Assembly (NCBI GenBank): GCA_937935255.1
Contig: CALGXT010000076.1
Location: 1,658 to 65,657 of the forward strand
Direction: 5' to 3'
Length of the DNA stretch: 64,000 bases
Origin: an uncultured bacterium
GTDB taxonomy: Bacteria; Verrucomicrobiota; Kiritimatiellia; PWTM01
Below are positions 36,889 to 46,783 of this stretch, piece after piece (position 1 is the first letter of the stretch; each line of letters begins with the position of its first letter). The notes beneath the pieces were generated by a model. The model did not search any database, was not told the DNA's origin, and was given only the letters and a program-made list of their open reading frames with translations. The translations under genes were made by a program, and so were the position numbers.

Positions 36889-37566
36889 ATGAGAATGACG
36901 AATAAAGGCTTTACACTGGTGGAGTTACTGGTGGTCGTTGCAATCATCGCGATTCTGATCAGCATCGTACTGCCGTCGCTCAACGGCGCGCGCGCGCAAG
37001 CGATGCGCCTCAGTTGCGCCGTCAACGTCAAATTCCTGCTGGAATCCACGATGGCGATGGCCTCGCTCAACGGAAAGCTCCCGCGACTCCATGCCGCGGA
37101 CCGGCCGCCGTACTGGTACACGGTGGAACAGCGCGACCGACTGGTAAGCGAGTTCGGCGTTCCCCGCAAGATGTTCTATTGCCCGGCCAACCAAAAGGGA
37201 TGGAATCGGGACAATTTCTGGCGCTGGCCCGGCACGGATTTCTCCATCTGGGGGTACACCTACGCGGCGGACGACGGCGCGCTGATGGGGACCCTGAACT
37301 ACGATGCCGGCTGGGGTTCGGACCGCCCGTATACGGCCCGCTCACTGGCGGATGCGCCGCATCTGACCGTGCTTTGGAGCGATCTGCTTCGGGAAGATAT
37401 CGCCTTTTCCTGGTGGGGACCGGACGGGCGCCAGGGCGTCAATCACCTGAAGGGCGCGAATCCGGAGGGCGCCAACCAGGGCTTTCTCGACGGCAGCGTC
37501 CGATGGACACCCTTCGAGCGAATGAAGCCCCGCATCACGTGGTCCGGCTACCGCCTGTATCTCTGA
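36889..37566 (+). CDS. Prepilin-type N-terminal methylation protein with an H-X9-DG-like C-terminus (DUF1559-type)
   Basis: KGFTLVELLVVVAIIAILISIVLPSL..AR..A…C..N; MFYCPAN; NHLKG…GANQGFLDGSV. Confidence 0.92.
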   Translation: MRMTNKGFTLVELLVVVAIIAILISIVLPSLNGARAQAMRLSCAVNVKFLLESTMAMASLNGKLPRLHAADRPPYWYTVEQRDRLVSEFGVPRKMFYCPANQKGWNRDNFWRWPGTDFSIWGYTYAADDGALMGTLNYDAGWGSDRPYTARSLADAPHLTVLWSDLLREDIAFSWWGPDGRQGVNHLKGANPEGANQGFLDGSVRWTPFERMKPRITWSGYRLYL

Positions 37567-37711
37567 CCCTATCACGATCCTTCGCGACCAACCATGGGTA
37601 CGAGAGTCAGCGGGGCGGTCCTTGCCGGATTGAAATGACCCGGGCTTCATGCTATCCGTCAGCAACTTTGAAACATTTCCTTCCCTTCACCACCCGATCG
37701 GGAGTGTTCGC

Positions 37712-39247
37712 ATGCCCATCAAAGTAGCGTTTATCGGGGCCGGCAGCGTGGGTTTCACGCGCCGGCTGACCCAAGATGTGCTCACCGTGCCTGAGTTGCG
37801 GGAAACCGTTTTTTCGTTCACCGACATCAACCGCCGCAACCTCGACATGGTGACCCGGCTCTGCCGAAAGGACATCGAAAGCAACCGGCTTCCCGCCCGG
37901 GTCCTGGCGACCACCGATCGCCGGCGCGCGCTGGAGGGCGCGGATTATGTCTTCAATACCACACGTATCGGCGGGCTGGAGGCTTTCCGGCTGGACGTCG
38001 AAATCCCGCTCCGGTACGGCGTGGACCAATGCGTGGGCGACACGCTGGGGCCGGGCGGCATCTTTTATGGCCAGCGCAATGCGCCGGCACTGCTCGATTT
38101 CTGCAAAGATATCCATGAAGTCGCGAAGTCCGGCGCATTGCTGTTGAATTATGCGAATCCCATGGCCATCAACACCTGGGTTTGTCTGGATTACGGCGGC
38201 GTGCCGACCGTCGGGCTGTGCCACGGCGTCGAGGGCGGCTGGCGCCAGATCGCCATGGCGCTCGGCGCCGACCCCCAACACTGGCGCGAGGAGGTGGATA
38301 TCGTCTGCGCGGGCATCAATCATCAGACCTGGTATATTCGCGTGCTGTTTCACGGGCGCCCGGTTTCGGGCGAAGAGCTGCTGGCGGCGTTCGAGCGGCA
38401 TCCGAGCTATCGAACCACGGAGAAGGTGCGCATTGACGTATTGCGGCGATTCGGATTCTACAGCACGGAATCCAACGGCCACCTCTCCGAATACGTGCCG
38501 TGGTACCGCAAACGCCCCAAAGATATCCGGCGCTGGATAGACCTTTCCAGTTGGATCAACGGCGAAACCGGCGGCTACCTCCGGGTCTGCACGGAAGGCC
38601 GGAACTGGTTTAAGACGGACTTTTCCAAATGGCTGTCGGAGGATTCGCCAAAGCTCACGCCCGAACACCGCGGACATGAGCACGGCAGTTACATCATCGA
38701 GGCCATCGAAACCGGGCGCCCCTATCGCGGTCATTTCAATGTACGTAATTACGGCAGCATTCCGAACCTCCCGCCGGACTGCATCGTCGAGGTTCCCGGC
38801 TACGTGGACCGGCACGGTCTCAACATCCCGCACGTCGGCGATCTACCGCCGGCTTGCGCGGCGACATGCAACGCCAGCGTGAGCGTACAGCGCATGGCGA
38901 AAGAGGCGGCCGTGCGCGGTGACGTAACGTTGTTGAAGCAGGCGCTGCTACACGATCCGCTAACGGCGGCGGTCTGCGATCCGGACGAAATCTGGCGCAT
39001 GGCCGACGAATTGCTGGTGGCGGAAGCGCGATGGCTGCCGCAATACGCCTCTGAAATCTCCGCCGCCCGGCGTCGCCTGAAGCAAGCCCCCCCGCCGCCC
39101 TGCCCAAACTTCAAGGGTGCGGCGCGGCTGAAGGTTCGTTCCGTGGCGGAGCTGCGCGCCGAAGGCGAGGCCGCCCGCCGGGAGACGCTGGCCGCCGACA
39201 AGGCCGCGGCGCGACGAATGACGGACGCCGCGCGGCGCCGGGCGTAA
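37712..39247 (+). CDS. melA: GH4 NAD+/Mn2+-dependent alpha-galactosidase-like enzyme
   Basis: KVAFIGAGSVGF, YGVDQCVGDTLGPGG, NYANPMA, GLCHGV, AGINHQTW, TESNGHLSEYVPWY. Substrate inferred from similarity. Confidence 0.85.
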   Translation: MPIKVAFIGAGSVGFTRRLTQDVLTVPELRETVFSFTDINRRNLDMVTRLCRKDIESNRLPARVLATTDRRRALEGADYVFNTTRIGGLEAFRLDVEIPLRYGVDQCVGDTLGPGGIFYGQRNAPALLDFCKDIHEVAKSGALLLNYANPMAINTWVCLDYGGVPTVGLCHGVEGGWRQIAMALGADPQHWREEVDIVCAGINHQTWYIRVLFHGRPVSGEELLAAFERHPSYRTTEKVRIDVLRRFGFYSTESNGHLSEYVPWYRKRPKDIRRWIDLSSWINGETGGYLRVCTEGRNWFKTDFSKWLSEDSPKLTPEHRGHEHGSYIIEAIETGRPYRGHFNVRNYGSIPNLPPDCIVEVPGYVDRHGLNIPHVGDLPPACAATCNASVSVQRMAKEAAVRGDVTLLKQALLHDPLTAAVCDPDEIWRMADELLVAEARWLPQYASEISAARRRLKQAPPPPCPNFKGAARLKVRSVAELRAEGEAARRETLAADKAAARRMTDAARRRA

Positions 39248-39304
39248 GTTCTCCGGGCAGCCGCGCGATTGGGGCGAGGGGGCTTTCGGACGAAAGGGCG
39301 AGTG

Positions 39305-40012
39305 ATGTTTTCGGCGGCGTTCGATCTTTTGTATCCGCGCTGCTGCGCGGGATGCGGACGGCCGGACCCCGATGCCGCGCGCTATTTGTGCTGGGACTGC
39401 CTGTCGCGCATTGAGTTCGTACAGCCGCCGTTTTGCGAGCTCTGCGGCGATCCCGTCGCCGGGCGCATCGGTCACGCTTATCGCTGCGCGCTCTGCTCCC
39501 ATCGCGCGGTATATTTCGACGCTGCGCGTTCCGTCGCCCGTTATGACGGGCCGATGGGCGCCCTGATCCGCAACCTCAAATATAACGGCCACCTCTGGTT
39601 GACGGACGATCTGGCCGATCTGCTGGCGACCGGCGTTCACACCCACTATGACGGCGTGCCGTTTGACGCCGTCGCGGCCGTGCCCCTCCATTGGAGCAAG
39701 CGGCGGCGGCGCGGATTCAATCAATCGGCGCATCTTGCCGCCGCGCTGGGACGACGGCTGCGCATCCCGTCCGCGCGCCGCTGCCTGCGGCGATGGAGAC
39801 CGGACCGGAGCCAGACGAAATTGACAGTGGCCCAGCGCGCTGCTAATGTCGCGGGCGCTTTCGAGGGCCGCTGGCGGCGTTGGCTCCAAGGCCGAAGAAT
39901 CCTGCTTGTGGACGACGTGATGACGACCGGCGCCACCGCCAACGAATGCGCGCGGGCCCTGAAAGAAGGCGGCGCGGCGACGGTGCATGTGATGACGCTG
40001 GCGCGGGGCTGA
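39305..40012 (+). CDS. comF: ComF-family protein (zinc ribbon plus PRTase domain)
   Basis: CAGC…CWDC…CELC…CALC; VPLHW…RGFNQS; LLVDDVMTTGAT. Confidence 0.9.
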   Translation: MFSAAFDLLYPRCCAGCGRPDPDAARYLCWDCLSRIEFVQPPFCELCGDPVAGRIGHAYRCALCSHRAVYFDAARSVARYDGPMGALIRNLKYNGHLWLTDDLADLLATGVHTHYDGVPFDAVAAVPLHWSKRRRRGFNQSAHLAAALGRRLRIPSARRCLRRWRPDRSQTKLTVAQRAANVAGAFEGRWRRWLQGRRILLVDDVMTTGATANECARALKEGGAATVHVMTLARG

Positions 40013-40035
40013 ACCCGCGCAACCGAAAGAAAACC

Positions 40036-40908
40036 ATGCCCATTTTCGGTAAAAAACACTATACGACCGTCAGTGTCCGCAAACGCGACATGCCCGACGG
40101 CCTCTGGCTGAAGTGTCCGGCCTGCGAGGAAATCATCTACAAAAAAGAGCTCGCCGCCAATCATTCGGTCTGTCCGCATTGCGGCCATCATTTCCAGTTG
40201 GACCGCCGGGAGCGCATCGAGCTGTTGACGGAGCCGGGGTCGTTCGAGGAATGGGATGCCGAAATGACCAGCGTGGACCCCCTGGAGTTCTCCGGCGTCA
40301 GTCCTTACACCGAAAAACTGCGAAGCAACATGGAGAAAACCGGCTACCGCGACGCGGTTTCCTGCGGCCGCGCGCGGATCGGACCCCACCCGGTCGGCTT
40401 CGGCGTGATGGATTTCAATTTTTTGGGCGCGAGCATGGGGTCGGTCGTCGGCGAAAAAATCACGCGGCTGATCGAACGATCCACGGCGGAGCGTCTGCCG
40501 GTGGTCATAGTCTGCGCCTCGGGCGGCGCGCGCATGTACGAAGGCATGTTGAGCCTGATGCAGATGGCCAAAACCAGCGGCGCACTCGCGCGGCACGCGG
40601 CGGCGCGCCTGCCGTATATTCCGGTTTTGACGCATCCGACGACGGCGGGCGTCATGGCGAGTTTCGCGACCCTCGGCGATGTAATCGTCGCCGAGCCGGG
40701 CGCGCTCATCGGTTTCGCGGGACCGCGCGTGATCAAAGAGACGACGCAACAAGACTTGCCCGAAGGCTTCCAGCGCTCCGAATTTCTGCTCAAGCACGGT
40801 CTGCTCGACCTGGTCGTGCCGCGGCGGGAATTGAAGGCAACGCTGATCAGATTGCTGGACTTTATGGCGGGGCCTCAGGTCGCCTTCGCCGCGCCGCCGG
40901 TTTCGTGA
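40036..40908 (+). CDS. accD: Acetyl-CoA carboxylase carboxyltransferase beta subunit
   Basis: LWLKCPAC…CPHC zinc finger; FLGASMGSVVGEK; SGGARM; GFAGPRVI; PEGFQRSEFL. Confidence 0.96.
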   Translation: MPIFGKKHYTTVSVRKRDMPDGLWLKCPACEEIIYKKELAANHSVCPHCGHHFQLDRRERIELLTEPGSFEEWDAEMTSVDPLEFSGVSPYTEKLRSNMEKTGYRDAVSCGRARIGPHPVGFGVMDFNFLGASMGSVVGEKITRLIERSTAERLPVVIVCASGGARMYEGMLSLMQMAKTSGALARHAAARLPYIPVLTHPTTAGVMASFATLGDVIVAEPGALIGFAGPRVIKETTQQDLPEGFQRSEFLLKHGLLDLVVPRRELKATLIRLLDFMAGPQVAFAAPPVS

Positions 40909-40961
40909 GCGGGCGACGCCGCACGGCGGCACCTCCCGCCCCCCCGCCCCCGCGCTTCGGC

Positions 40962-41007
40962 TTCCAACCCTTGGAAAAATTTCGCCAAAGTTTTCCAAGC
41001 CTTGGAA
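40962..41007. repeat. Palindrome doublet TTCCAA-N3-TTGGAA, locus 3
   Basis: TTCCAAcccTTGGAA at 40962-40976 and TTCCAAgccTTGGAA at 40993-41007, downstream of accD. Confidence 0.9.
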
Positions 41008-41240
41008 ACTGAACGAGACGCGATTCCATCCATTGCCATCCGGACCGCGACTGGTCCGAACGGCATTTGCCGATCCCCTCTTTGCCTGTCCCTTTTTCCA
41101 ATCCTTTTTCCAATCGGCGGCCGGCGCCCCAACGGGGTCGGCGTGTTTTCGGCGATAGTGCCCGCGGCGCGAGCGCAAGGGCGCAAGGGACAGAGACGAG
41201 TCTGCAAATCCTGGATGGCCAACGACCGGTATTTCGAGCG

Positions 41241-42380
41241 TTATCCCGGGCCTCGGGAACCGGCCCGCTGCCGTTGGGCGATCGCCGAGAAAACCTCCGA
41301 CCACGGGCGGGCGCACTCCGACCACGTGAAACGCCGCCCGTTCGCTCGGGCGCGTTCCGACATTTCGCGCCAGTGCGCGGCATCCGTCAGCAATCGCCCC
41401 AGCGCGTCGGCCGCGCCTTCGGCGTCGTCCGGACCGAAATACCGTCCTCCCGCCCCGCAGATTTCGGGCACCGCGCAGACATTGGAGCCTACCACAGGTG
41501 TTCCGAAAATTTGGGCTTCCACCGCGGGGATGCCGAACGACTCGCAGCGGGACAATAGACAGAACGCCATCGCCTCCGCGTAGAGGCGGTCGAGTTCCTC
41601 CCGCGCGACGAAACCGGCGAAACGGACGCGGTCCGCAACGCCCAGCCGCTCCGCGAGGCGGCGCATACGGCGCTCGTATTCCCGACAAGGCCAGGGGCCG
41701 GCGATCGTCACCGCGGCGTTCGAAACCGACGTCCGCAGCCGCGCCAGCGCGCGCAGGACGGTCTCCACGTTTTTGTGCGGCGCCATGACCGAGACGCAGA
41801 GGATTTGACCGGGGCGGCGCGGCGCGGTCTTCAGCTCTGCGGCCCGCCGATGGGTGGAATCGTCGGCCGCCTGATAAACCACAAAACCGCGCTTTTCCGA
41901 AAATCCCGCGTTGCGGCGATAGGCCTCGCGCATGTAGCGAGAATTGAAGACCAGAACGTCGGCGATCCGCTGGGCGCGGCGATAGGCCGCCCGTTGCAAG
42001 GCGGCCTTGGGCGCATCGCGGCGGCGGCGCGCGGCGGGCACGAGGGACCAGGGATTCTGGCAGAAAACGATCTGCGGGATATCCAGCCGCGCGGCGGCGA
42101 TGCCGGACGGCGTGAAATACACGTCCGCGCCGATTTCGCGGGCGACGCGCGCGAGCTGCGTCCGCTCCCACACGGAACGCTGCAGCCAATGTGCCGAGTA
42201 CTCCGGGGCGAGACGCCAATCGCAGCGCCCCTCCAACCGCTCGCGAAAGGCGGTCATGCTTTCGCGGCAGAGTAGCGCAACGCGAAAGCGGCCCTCGCGC
42301 ACCCACTCGCCCACATGCCCCAACAGCACATGGGCGCCGCTGGGGTTGGTCACCGATAGCGCGTTGACGAGCACTTTCAT
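41241..42380 (-). CDS. GT4 glycosyltransferase
   Basis: PHKNVE; SRCESFGIPAVEA; ATGA coupling at 42377-80. Confidence 0.9.
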   Translation of the reverse strand: MKVLVNALSVTNPSGAHVLLGHVGEWVREGRFRVALLCRESMTAFRERLEGRCDWRLAPEYSAHWLQRSVWERTQLARVAREIGADVYFTPSGIAAARLDIPQIVFCQNPWSLVPAARRRRDAPKAALQRAAYRRAQRIADVLVFNSRYMREAYRRNAGFSEKRGFVVYQAADDSTHRRAAELKTAPRRPGQILCVSVMAPHKNVETVLRALARLRTSVSNAAVTIAGPWPCREYERRMRRLAERLGVADRVRFAGFVAREELDRLYAEAMAFCLLSRCESFGIPAVEAQIFGTPVVGSNVCAVPEICGAGGRYFGPDDAEGAADALGRLLTDAAHWREMSERARANGRRFTWSECARPWSEVFSAIAQRQRAGSRGPG

Positions 42381-43459
42381 GACGGGCGCGCCCCCCGCGG
42401 GAATCCATACCAGTCCCATAATTGACGCGCCATGCGCTCCAGGGTGAATTCCGCGGCGCGACGGCGACCCGCCGCGACCAGTCGTTCCCGCAATGCCGTG
42501 TCTCGAAGCACCGCGCCGCAATGGCCCGCGAGCGCATCGAGGTCGTCGGCGGCGGCCGTCAGCGCCGCCGCGCCGGCGGCCTCCGGCAAAGCGCCCGCAT
42601 TCGAGCACACCACCGGACACCCCAGCGACATGGCCTCCAGCACGGGCATGCCGAAACCCTCATAAAGGCTGGGGAACAGCAAAAGGGCCGCGGCGCGATA
42701 CAGCGCGGAGAGATCGGCGTCCGAGACCCTCTCGAGAAACACGACGCGCGGTGCGGCGGCGGCGCGCTTGCGCAGTTCAAGCGTGGGCGGAGGGCCGGCC
42801 AGAACGAGGTGGAGAGCGCCGCGCTCAGACCCATCGGACCGCTCGCACAGCCGCCGAAACACCTCGATTGCGCCGGCGCGGTTTTTATACGGGGCGTTAT
42901 GGCCGACGTGCAGCACAAACCGCTTCGGCAAGGATTCATCCATCGGGGCCGGCGGCGGCAGCGGGCGCAGCGCCGGCGGAATGACCGCCGCAGCGCGCAC
43001 ATCGGCCAGCCGCATCAAATCGCCGCGCGTGGCTTCCGAATCGGCGCAAACGGATCGGCACTCTCGAAGCGCCCGCACGCCCCGCCGCACAATCATCCGC
43101 GCGGGCAAACTTTGCGCGCCGGGCAGCGCCCCCCGCATCTGGCGCACGGGAATCAGATCGTGGACGGTGATCCAGGTCCGCTCGCGGACGGCGCGCGGCA
43201 GAAAGGCCGACATCGAGCCGTCGAGCAAGTGGTAGGCGTCCGCCGAAGCTCGGCGGAGCGCGCCGCGAAAATGGCGAAGCCGCCAAAAATGCTGCCGCCA
43301 GAGATCGCCGCCCGCGCGGGGGTCGAACGCGTCGCAGAATCCGATCCGAACCCCGGGGGGCGGATCGAGCGCCAGCGCCCGCGCCACAAGGTCGGCGTAC
43401 GCCGCCATGCTGCCGGGCGCTCCGGGCGGCGCGCTGCGGATCAGCGCGAGGCGGGGCAT
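42377..43459 (-). CDS. GT4 glycosyltransferase
   Basis: TVHDLIP; PYKN; FPSLYEGFGMPVLEAM. Confidence 0.9.
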   Translation of the reverse strand: MPRLALIRSAPPGAPGSMAAYADLVARALALDPPPGVRIGFCDAFDPRAGGDLWRQHFWRLRHFRGALRRASADAYHLLDGSMSAFLPRAVRERTWITVHDLIPVRQMRGALPGAQSLPARMIVRRGVRALRECRSVCADSEATRGDLMRLADVRAAAVIPPALRPLPPPAPMDESLPKRFVLHVGHNAPYKNRAGAIEVFRRLCERSDGSERGALHLVLAGPPPTLELRKRAAAAPRVVFLERVSDADLSALYRAAALLLFPSLYEGFGMPVLEAMSLGCPVVCSNAGALPEAAGAAALTAAADDLDALAGHCGAVLRDTALRERLVAAGRRRAAEFTLERMARQLWDWYGFPRGARPS

Positions 43460-44808
43460 GGCGTCTCCGATCCGGCGGAGGGAATCCACTCCGCGAAGGA
43501 AAAGAACAAGCCGGCGAGCAGCGCCAGCAAGAGGGCGATGAAGGGATCGCCGTACACCTGGGCCGAAACGATGCCCGCGCTCAGATTGGCCGCCAGGATG
43601 GCCACGATCCCGGCGCCGACCGGAAACTCCTCCGAGGCGGCGATTCGCCGTAACACGTGATAGGCCGTAAGCGCCATCAGGATCAGCAGCGAGCAGAACA
43701 GGAGCGCGCCCGGCACGCCCAGTTCGGCGACCAGCTTGGTCGGCCCGCTCTCCTGCCAGGTGTTGGGCATTTCGGCGCGTATGTGGTGGACGCCCTGTTG
43801 CCCCATTCCCAGGCCGTAGCCCCAGAACCCGGCCTGCTCGAGGGTGCCCCAGACGGCGGCCACGCCATGCCGCCACACCTGCTCCTCGGCTTCGTCGAAT
43901 GCCGTAAGATAAAACCGTTGCACCGGATCGTCGCGCAGATGATGGGTGACGATATAGAATCCCAGCCCCACCGCGAGCACCGACGCCGCCCCCGCCAGCG
44001 CCCAACGACGCAGCCCCTGGAACCAGGCGACTTCGACGAGATAGACGCCCAAAAAGATCGGAATCATCGAAATCATTTTGCGCCGGCCGCACAGCCAGAT
44101 ATTGACGAAACCCCAGGCGGCGGCGGCGATCCAGCCCCAACGAGCCGCGCCGCGCGCTCGGGCCGCGAGCACGAGGGCCCCCATCAGCGCGAGCGCCGCG
44201 TGCCATCCCATGACGTCGGGACTTCGGAAAAAGCCGGCCAACATATACACCGCCTCGCCGGTGCGATGCGTCACCCACACGTGACCCAGCGCTTCCGTGC
44301 CGACGGCCGCATACCGCGCGCTCCAGCCCAGACGGTCGAGCGGCCCGCCCAGCAGCGCCGCCGACGCCGCCAAGACATAGAACGCCAGGGCCCGACGAAC
44401 GTCGGCGGGGTTCATCGGATAACGCCAGCCGCAACACAACACCCCGAACGTGGTCGCATACACCAAAGCGCCCAGCGCGGTCACCTGCCAGGTATTGCGC
44501 CCATAGCTCGCGGACAGCATCGCCGGCACGATCAAATAGGCGCCGAAAATCTTCAACGCGCGCCCCAATCGCGGAAACCGGAAAATGAAAAACGCCGGGC
44601 GCACGGCGCCCGACGCCAGCGCGGCGCCAAAAAGCGTCATCCATACCGGCACCGTGCTCATCGCGTAATAGCCGGGCGCGCCGGGAATGAGCTTGCGCAA
44701 AGGGTCCTGCACCAGACCGACGACCACGGCCGCGAAAACCCCTTTGCGCCAATCCCGCAGCGCGACGGCGCAGGCGGCAAGGATGAGCATGGGCAGGAGC
44801 AAGAACAT
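43441..44808 (-). CDS. Polytopic membrane protein, probable Wzy polymerase/O-antigen-ligase-like
   Basis: About 10-12 hydrophobic helices; GFFRSPD; GYGLGMG…AELGVPG loop; embedded among GT genes. Confidence 0.7.
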   Translation of the reverse strand: MFLLLPMLILAACAVALRDWRKGVFAAVVVGLVQDPLRKLIPGAPGYYAMSTVPVWMTLFGAALASGAVRPAFFIFRFPRLGRALKIFGAYLIVPAMLSASYGRNTWQVTALGALVYATTFGVLCCGWRYPMNPADVRRALAFYVLAASAALLGGPLDRLGWSARYAAVGTEALGHVWVTHRTGEAVYMLAGFFRSPDVMGWHAALALMGALVLAARARGAARWGWIAAAAWGFVNIWLCGRRKMISMIPIFLGVYLVEVAWFQGLRRWALAGAASVLAVGLGFYIVTHHLRDDPVQRFYLTAFDEAEEQVWRHGVAAVWGTLEQAGFWGYGLGMGQQGVHHIRAEMPNTWQESGPTKLVAELGVPGALLFCSLLILMALTAYHVLRRIAASEEFPVGAGIVAILAANLSAGIVSAQVYGDPFIALLLALLAGLFFSFAEWIPSAGSETPCPASR

Positions 44809-44823
44809 GCGGAACCGGCTGTT

Positions 44824-46071
44824 TCAAGCTTTGGGGGATACTAGCGTCGAACGCGCCGCGGCGACAATCCCCTCCATCGCGGTCTCCAGGCCAAACGCCC
44901 GAACCTGTTCCGCCGCTCGTTTCCCCTGCCGCGCGGCCAGCGCCGGATCGTCCGTGTACAGGTTCATCCGAGCGGCCAGCGCCGGAACATCGCCGCACTC
45001 GAAGGCGAAACCGGTTTCGCCTTCGACGACCAAATCCGCGCAACACCCCGCCGCGCGCGAAACGATCGCCGGGCGTCCGGAGGCCATCGCCTCGTTGACG
45101 ACCAGCCCCCAGGTTTCCCCGGCGTCGGACGGCAAAACCAGGACGTCCGCCGCGGCGTAGGCGTCCGGCAGACGCGACTGATTCAGGAACCCGGCGAAAA
45201 CGGCGGGAAGTTCGCGGTTTCGCGCGAAGTTTTCGCACTCCGCGCGCAACGGCCCGTCGCCCGCCACGAGGAGCGCGACGGAGCGCGCCAAGCGCGCCGG
45301 CGATCCTGTTTTTTCCAGGGCGCGCAATACATCCAGCGGCCGTTTCTTCGGCTCGAGTTTCCCGCAAAACAGGAACACGACGGCATCCGCCGGCAGGCCG
45401 AAACCGGCGCGCAGTTCCGCGCGGCGGCCCGCGCGCTCCGCGGCGGCGGCGGCGAACCGGTCGTTATCCACCGCGTAGGGCGCCCAGAAGATGCGCTCCG
45501 CCGGGCAACCGTGAAAATGATAGAAATCGCGATTGGCCGCGCCGATGGCGAGATAGGCGCGATATTGTCGCAGCCAAAGCCGGTGCATCGCATGTTTCCA
45601 GACGGCGCGCGCCCGCAAAAGGTTCGCCTCGCAACGCACGAGACAGGGGATGCCGAGCCGACGGCAGGCCGCCAGCGCCTGCACGCAGGCCTTCACAACC
45701 CAGCCGTTGACGAGCACGGCGTCCGGCCGGGCTTCGCGGAATCGGCGATAAATCTCCGGCGTGTCGCAGCCGCCGAACCGAACGACAGAGGGCGCGCGCG
45801 CCACATTGCGCAGCACTTCATGGCGATAGCCGCCGAGCAGCGGCGCATCCCACTCGAACGCGACGCCGAAGCCCGCGCCCTGCCGCGCGGCGTCCGGAAT
45901 CATGGCGTAATATACCGTCACATCGAGGCGCGGATCGGCGGCCAGCCGCCGGAACAACGGCGCCTTGTATTGGATCGGGTGGGACTCCACGATCGCGAGG
46001 CGGCAAGGCGCGCGCGAGGAACGGTCCGCTTCGGCGTCCGGAGGGGGCGGCGCGGCGTTTGAAATTCTCAT
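44824..46071 (-). CDS. GT4 glycosyltransferase
   Basis: SHPIQY; GKLEPKK; LPSDAGETWGLVVNEAM. Confidence 0.92.
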   Translation of the reverse strand: MRISNAAPPPPDAEADRSSRAPCRLAIVESHPIQYKAPLFRRLAADPRLDVTVYYAMIPDAARQGAGFGVAFEWDAPLLGGYRHEVLRNVARAPSVVRFGGCDTPEIYRRFREARPDAVLVNGWVVKACVQALAACRRLGIPCLVRCEANLLRARAVWKHAMHRLWLRQYRAYLAIGAANRDFYHFHGCPAERIFWAPYAVDNDRFAAAAAERAGRRAELRAGFGLPADAVVFLFCGKLEPKKRPLDVLRALEKTGSPARLARSVALLVAGDGPLRAECENFARNRELPAVFAGFLNQSRLPDAYAAADVLVLPSDAGETWGLVVNEAMASGRPAIVSRAAGCCADLVVEGETGFAFECGDVPALAARMNLYTDDPALAARQGKRAAEQVRAFGLETAMEGIVAAARSTLVSPKA

Positions 46072-46748
46072 TTTCTGAAGACCATTGCGTTCTCGTGATA
46101 CCACGGGCTGACCTGTCCGCTTTCCCGCCAGACGCGGCGCAACGCCTCGGAGGCTTCCTCATCGCAGGCGAAGCCGGCCCGCTGAAACAGCGCCTTCCAA
46201 TACGCGGGGGGTTGTTCGTTGAGATGGCCGGTCCCGCCCTGGCCCGGATGCGCCGCGGTGATCAGCACTTGGGGCGCCAGTCGGCACAGCAATTCGACGT
46301 AGATCACGGCCAGATCGGCGGGCAAGTGCTCCGCGACCTCGGTGCTGACGGCCAGATCGAAGGTGTCGGGCGAGGTCCACGCGTCCGCCCCGATCCGAAA
46401 TCGAAGAACTTGCAACTGGCGTTCGCGGCAGACGCGCAAGGCGGCCCGGGCGTATTCCAGGCCCAGCGTCCGACAGCCGAGATCACGGAACGCGGCCAAT
46501 ATCGCGCCGGTTCCGCAGCCGACATCAATCACCGACGAGGGATGAAAGCGCTCGACCACGGATCGGGCAATGACCCACGCGCTGCGGGTCGCCGTCGGAT
46601 CAATGACCCGTCGAAAATAATCTTCATTATAGAGCCACTGAAAACCGCCGAGACGAATCGCCGCCGCCCGCATCCGACGAAGCGGACCGGACGCCCGGAC
46701 AGACTCCGGCGCCAACGCTCGATACACCGCGCGAATTTTGTCCATCAT
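46068..46748 (-). CDS. Class I SAM-dependent methyltransferase
   Basis: VIDVGCGTG; FDLAVSTEVAEHL; PGQGGTGHLNEQ. Confidence 0.88.
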   Translation of the reverse strand: MMDKIRAVYRALAPESVRASGPLRRMRAAAIRLGGFQWLYNEDYFRRVIDPTATRSAWVIARSVVERFHPSSVIDVGCGTGAILAAFRDLGCRTLGLEYARAALRVCRERQLQVLRFRIGADAWTSPDTFDLAVSTEVAEHLPADLAVIYVELLCRLAPQVLITAAHPGQGGTGHLNEQPPAYWKALFQRAGFACDEEASEALRRVWRESGQVSPWYHENAMVFRK

Positions 46749-46783
46749 GGTCGGTGGCACTCCCAGCGCTTTCTCCTCCGAAT

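Noticed and set aside
42377..45367. 996-aa ORF
   Set aside because: Only the last 360 codons are GT4; the remainder overlaps the Wzy-like and GT4 genes in another frame.
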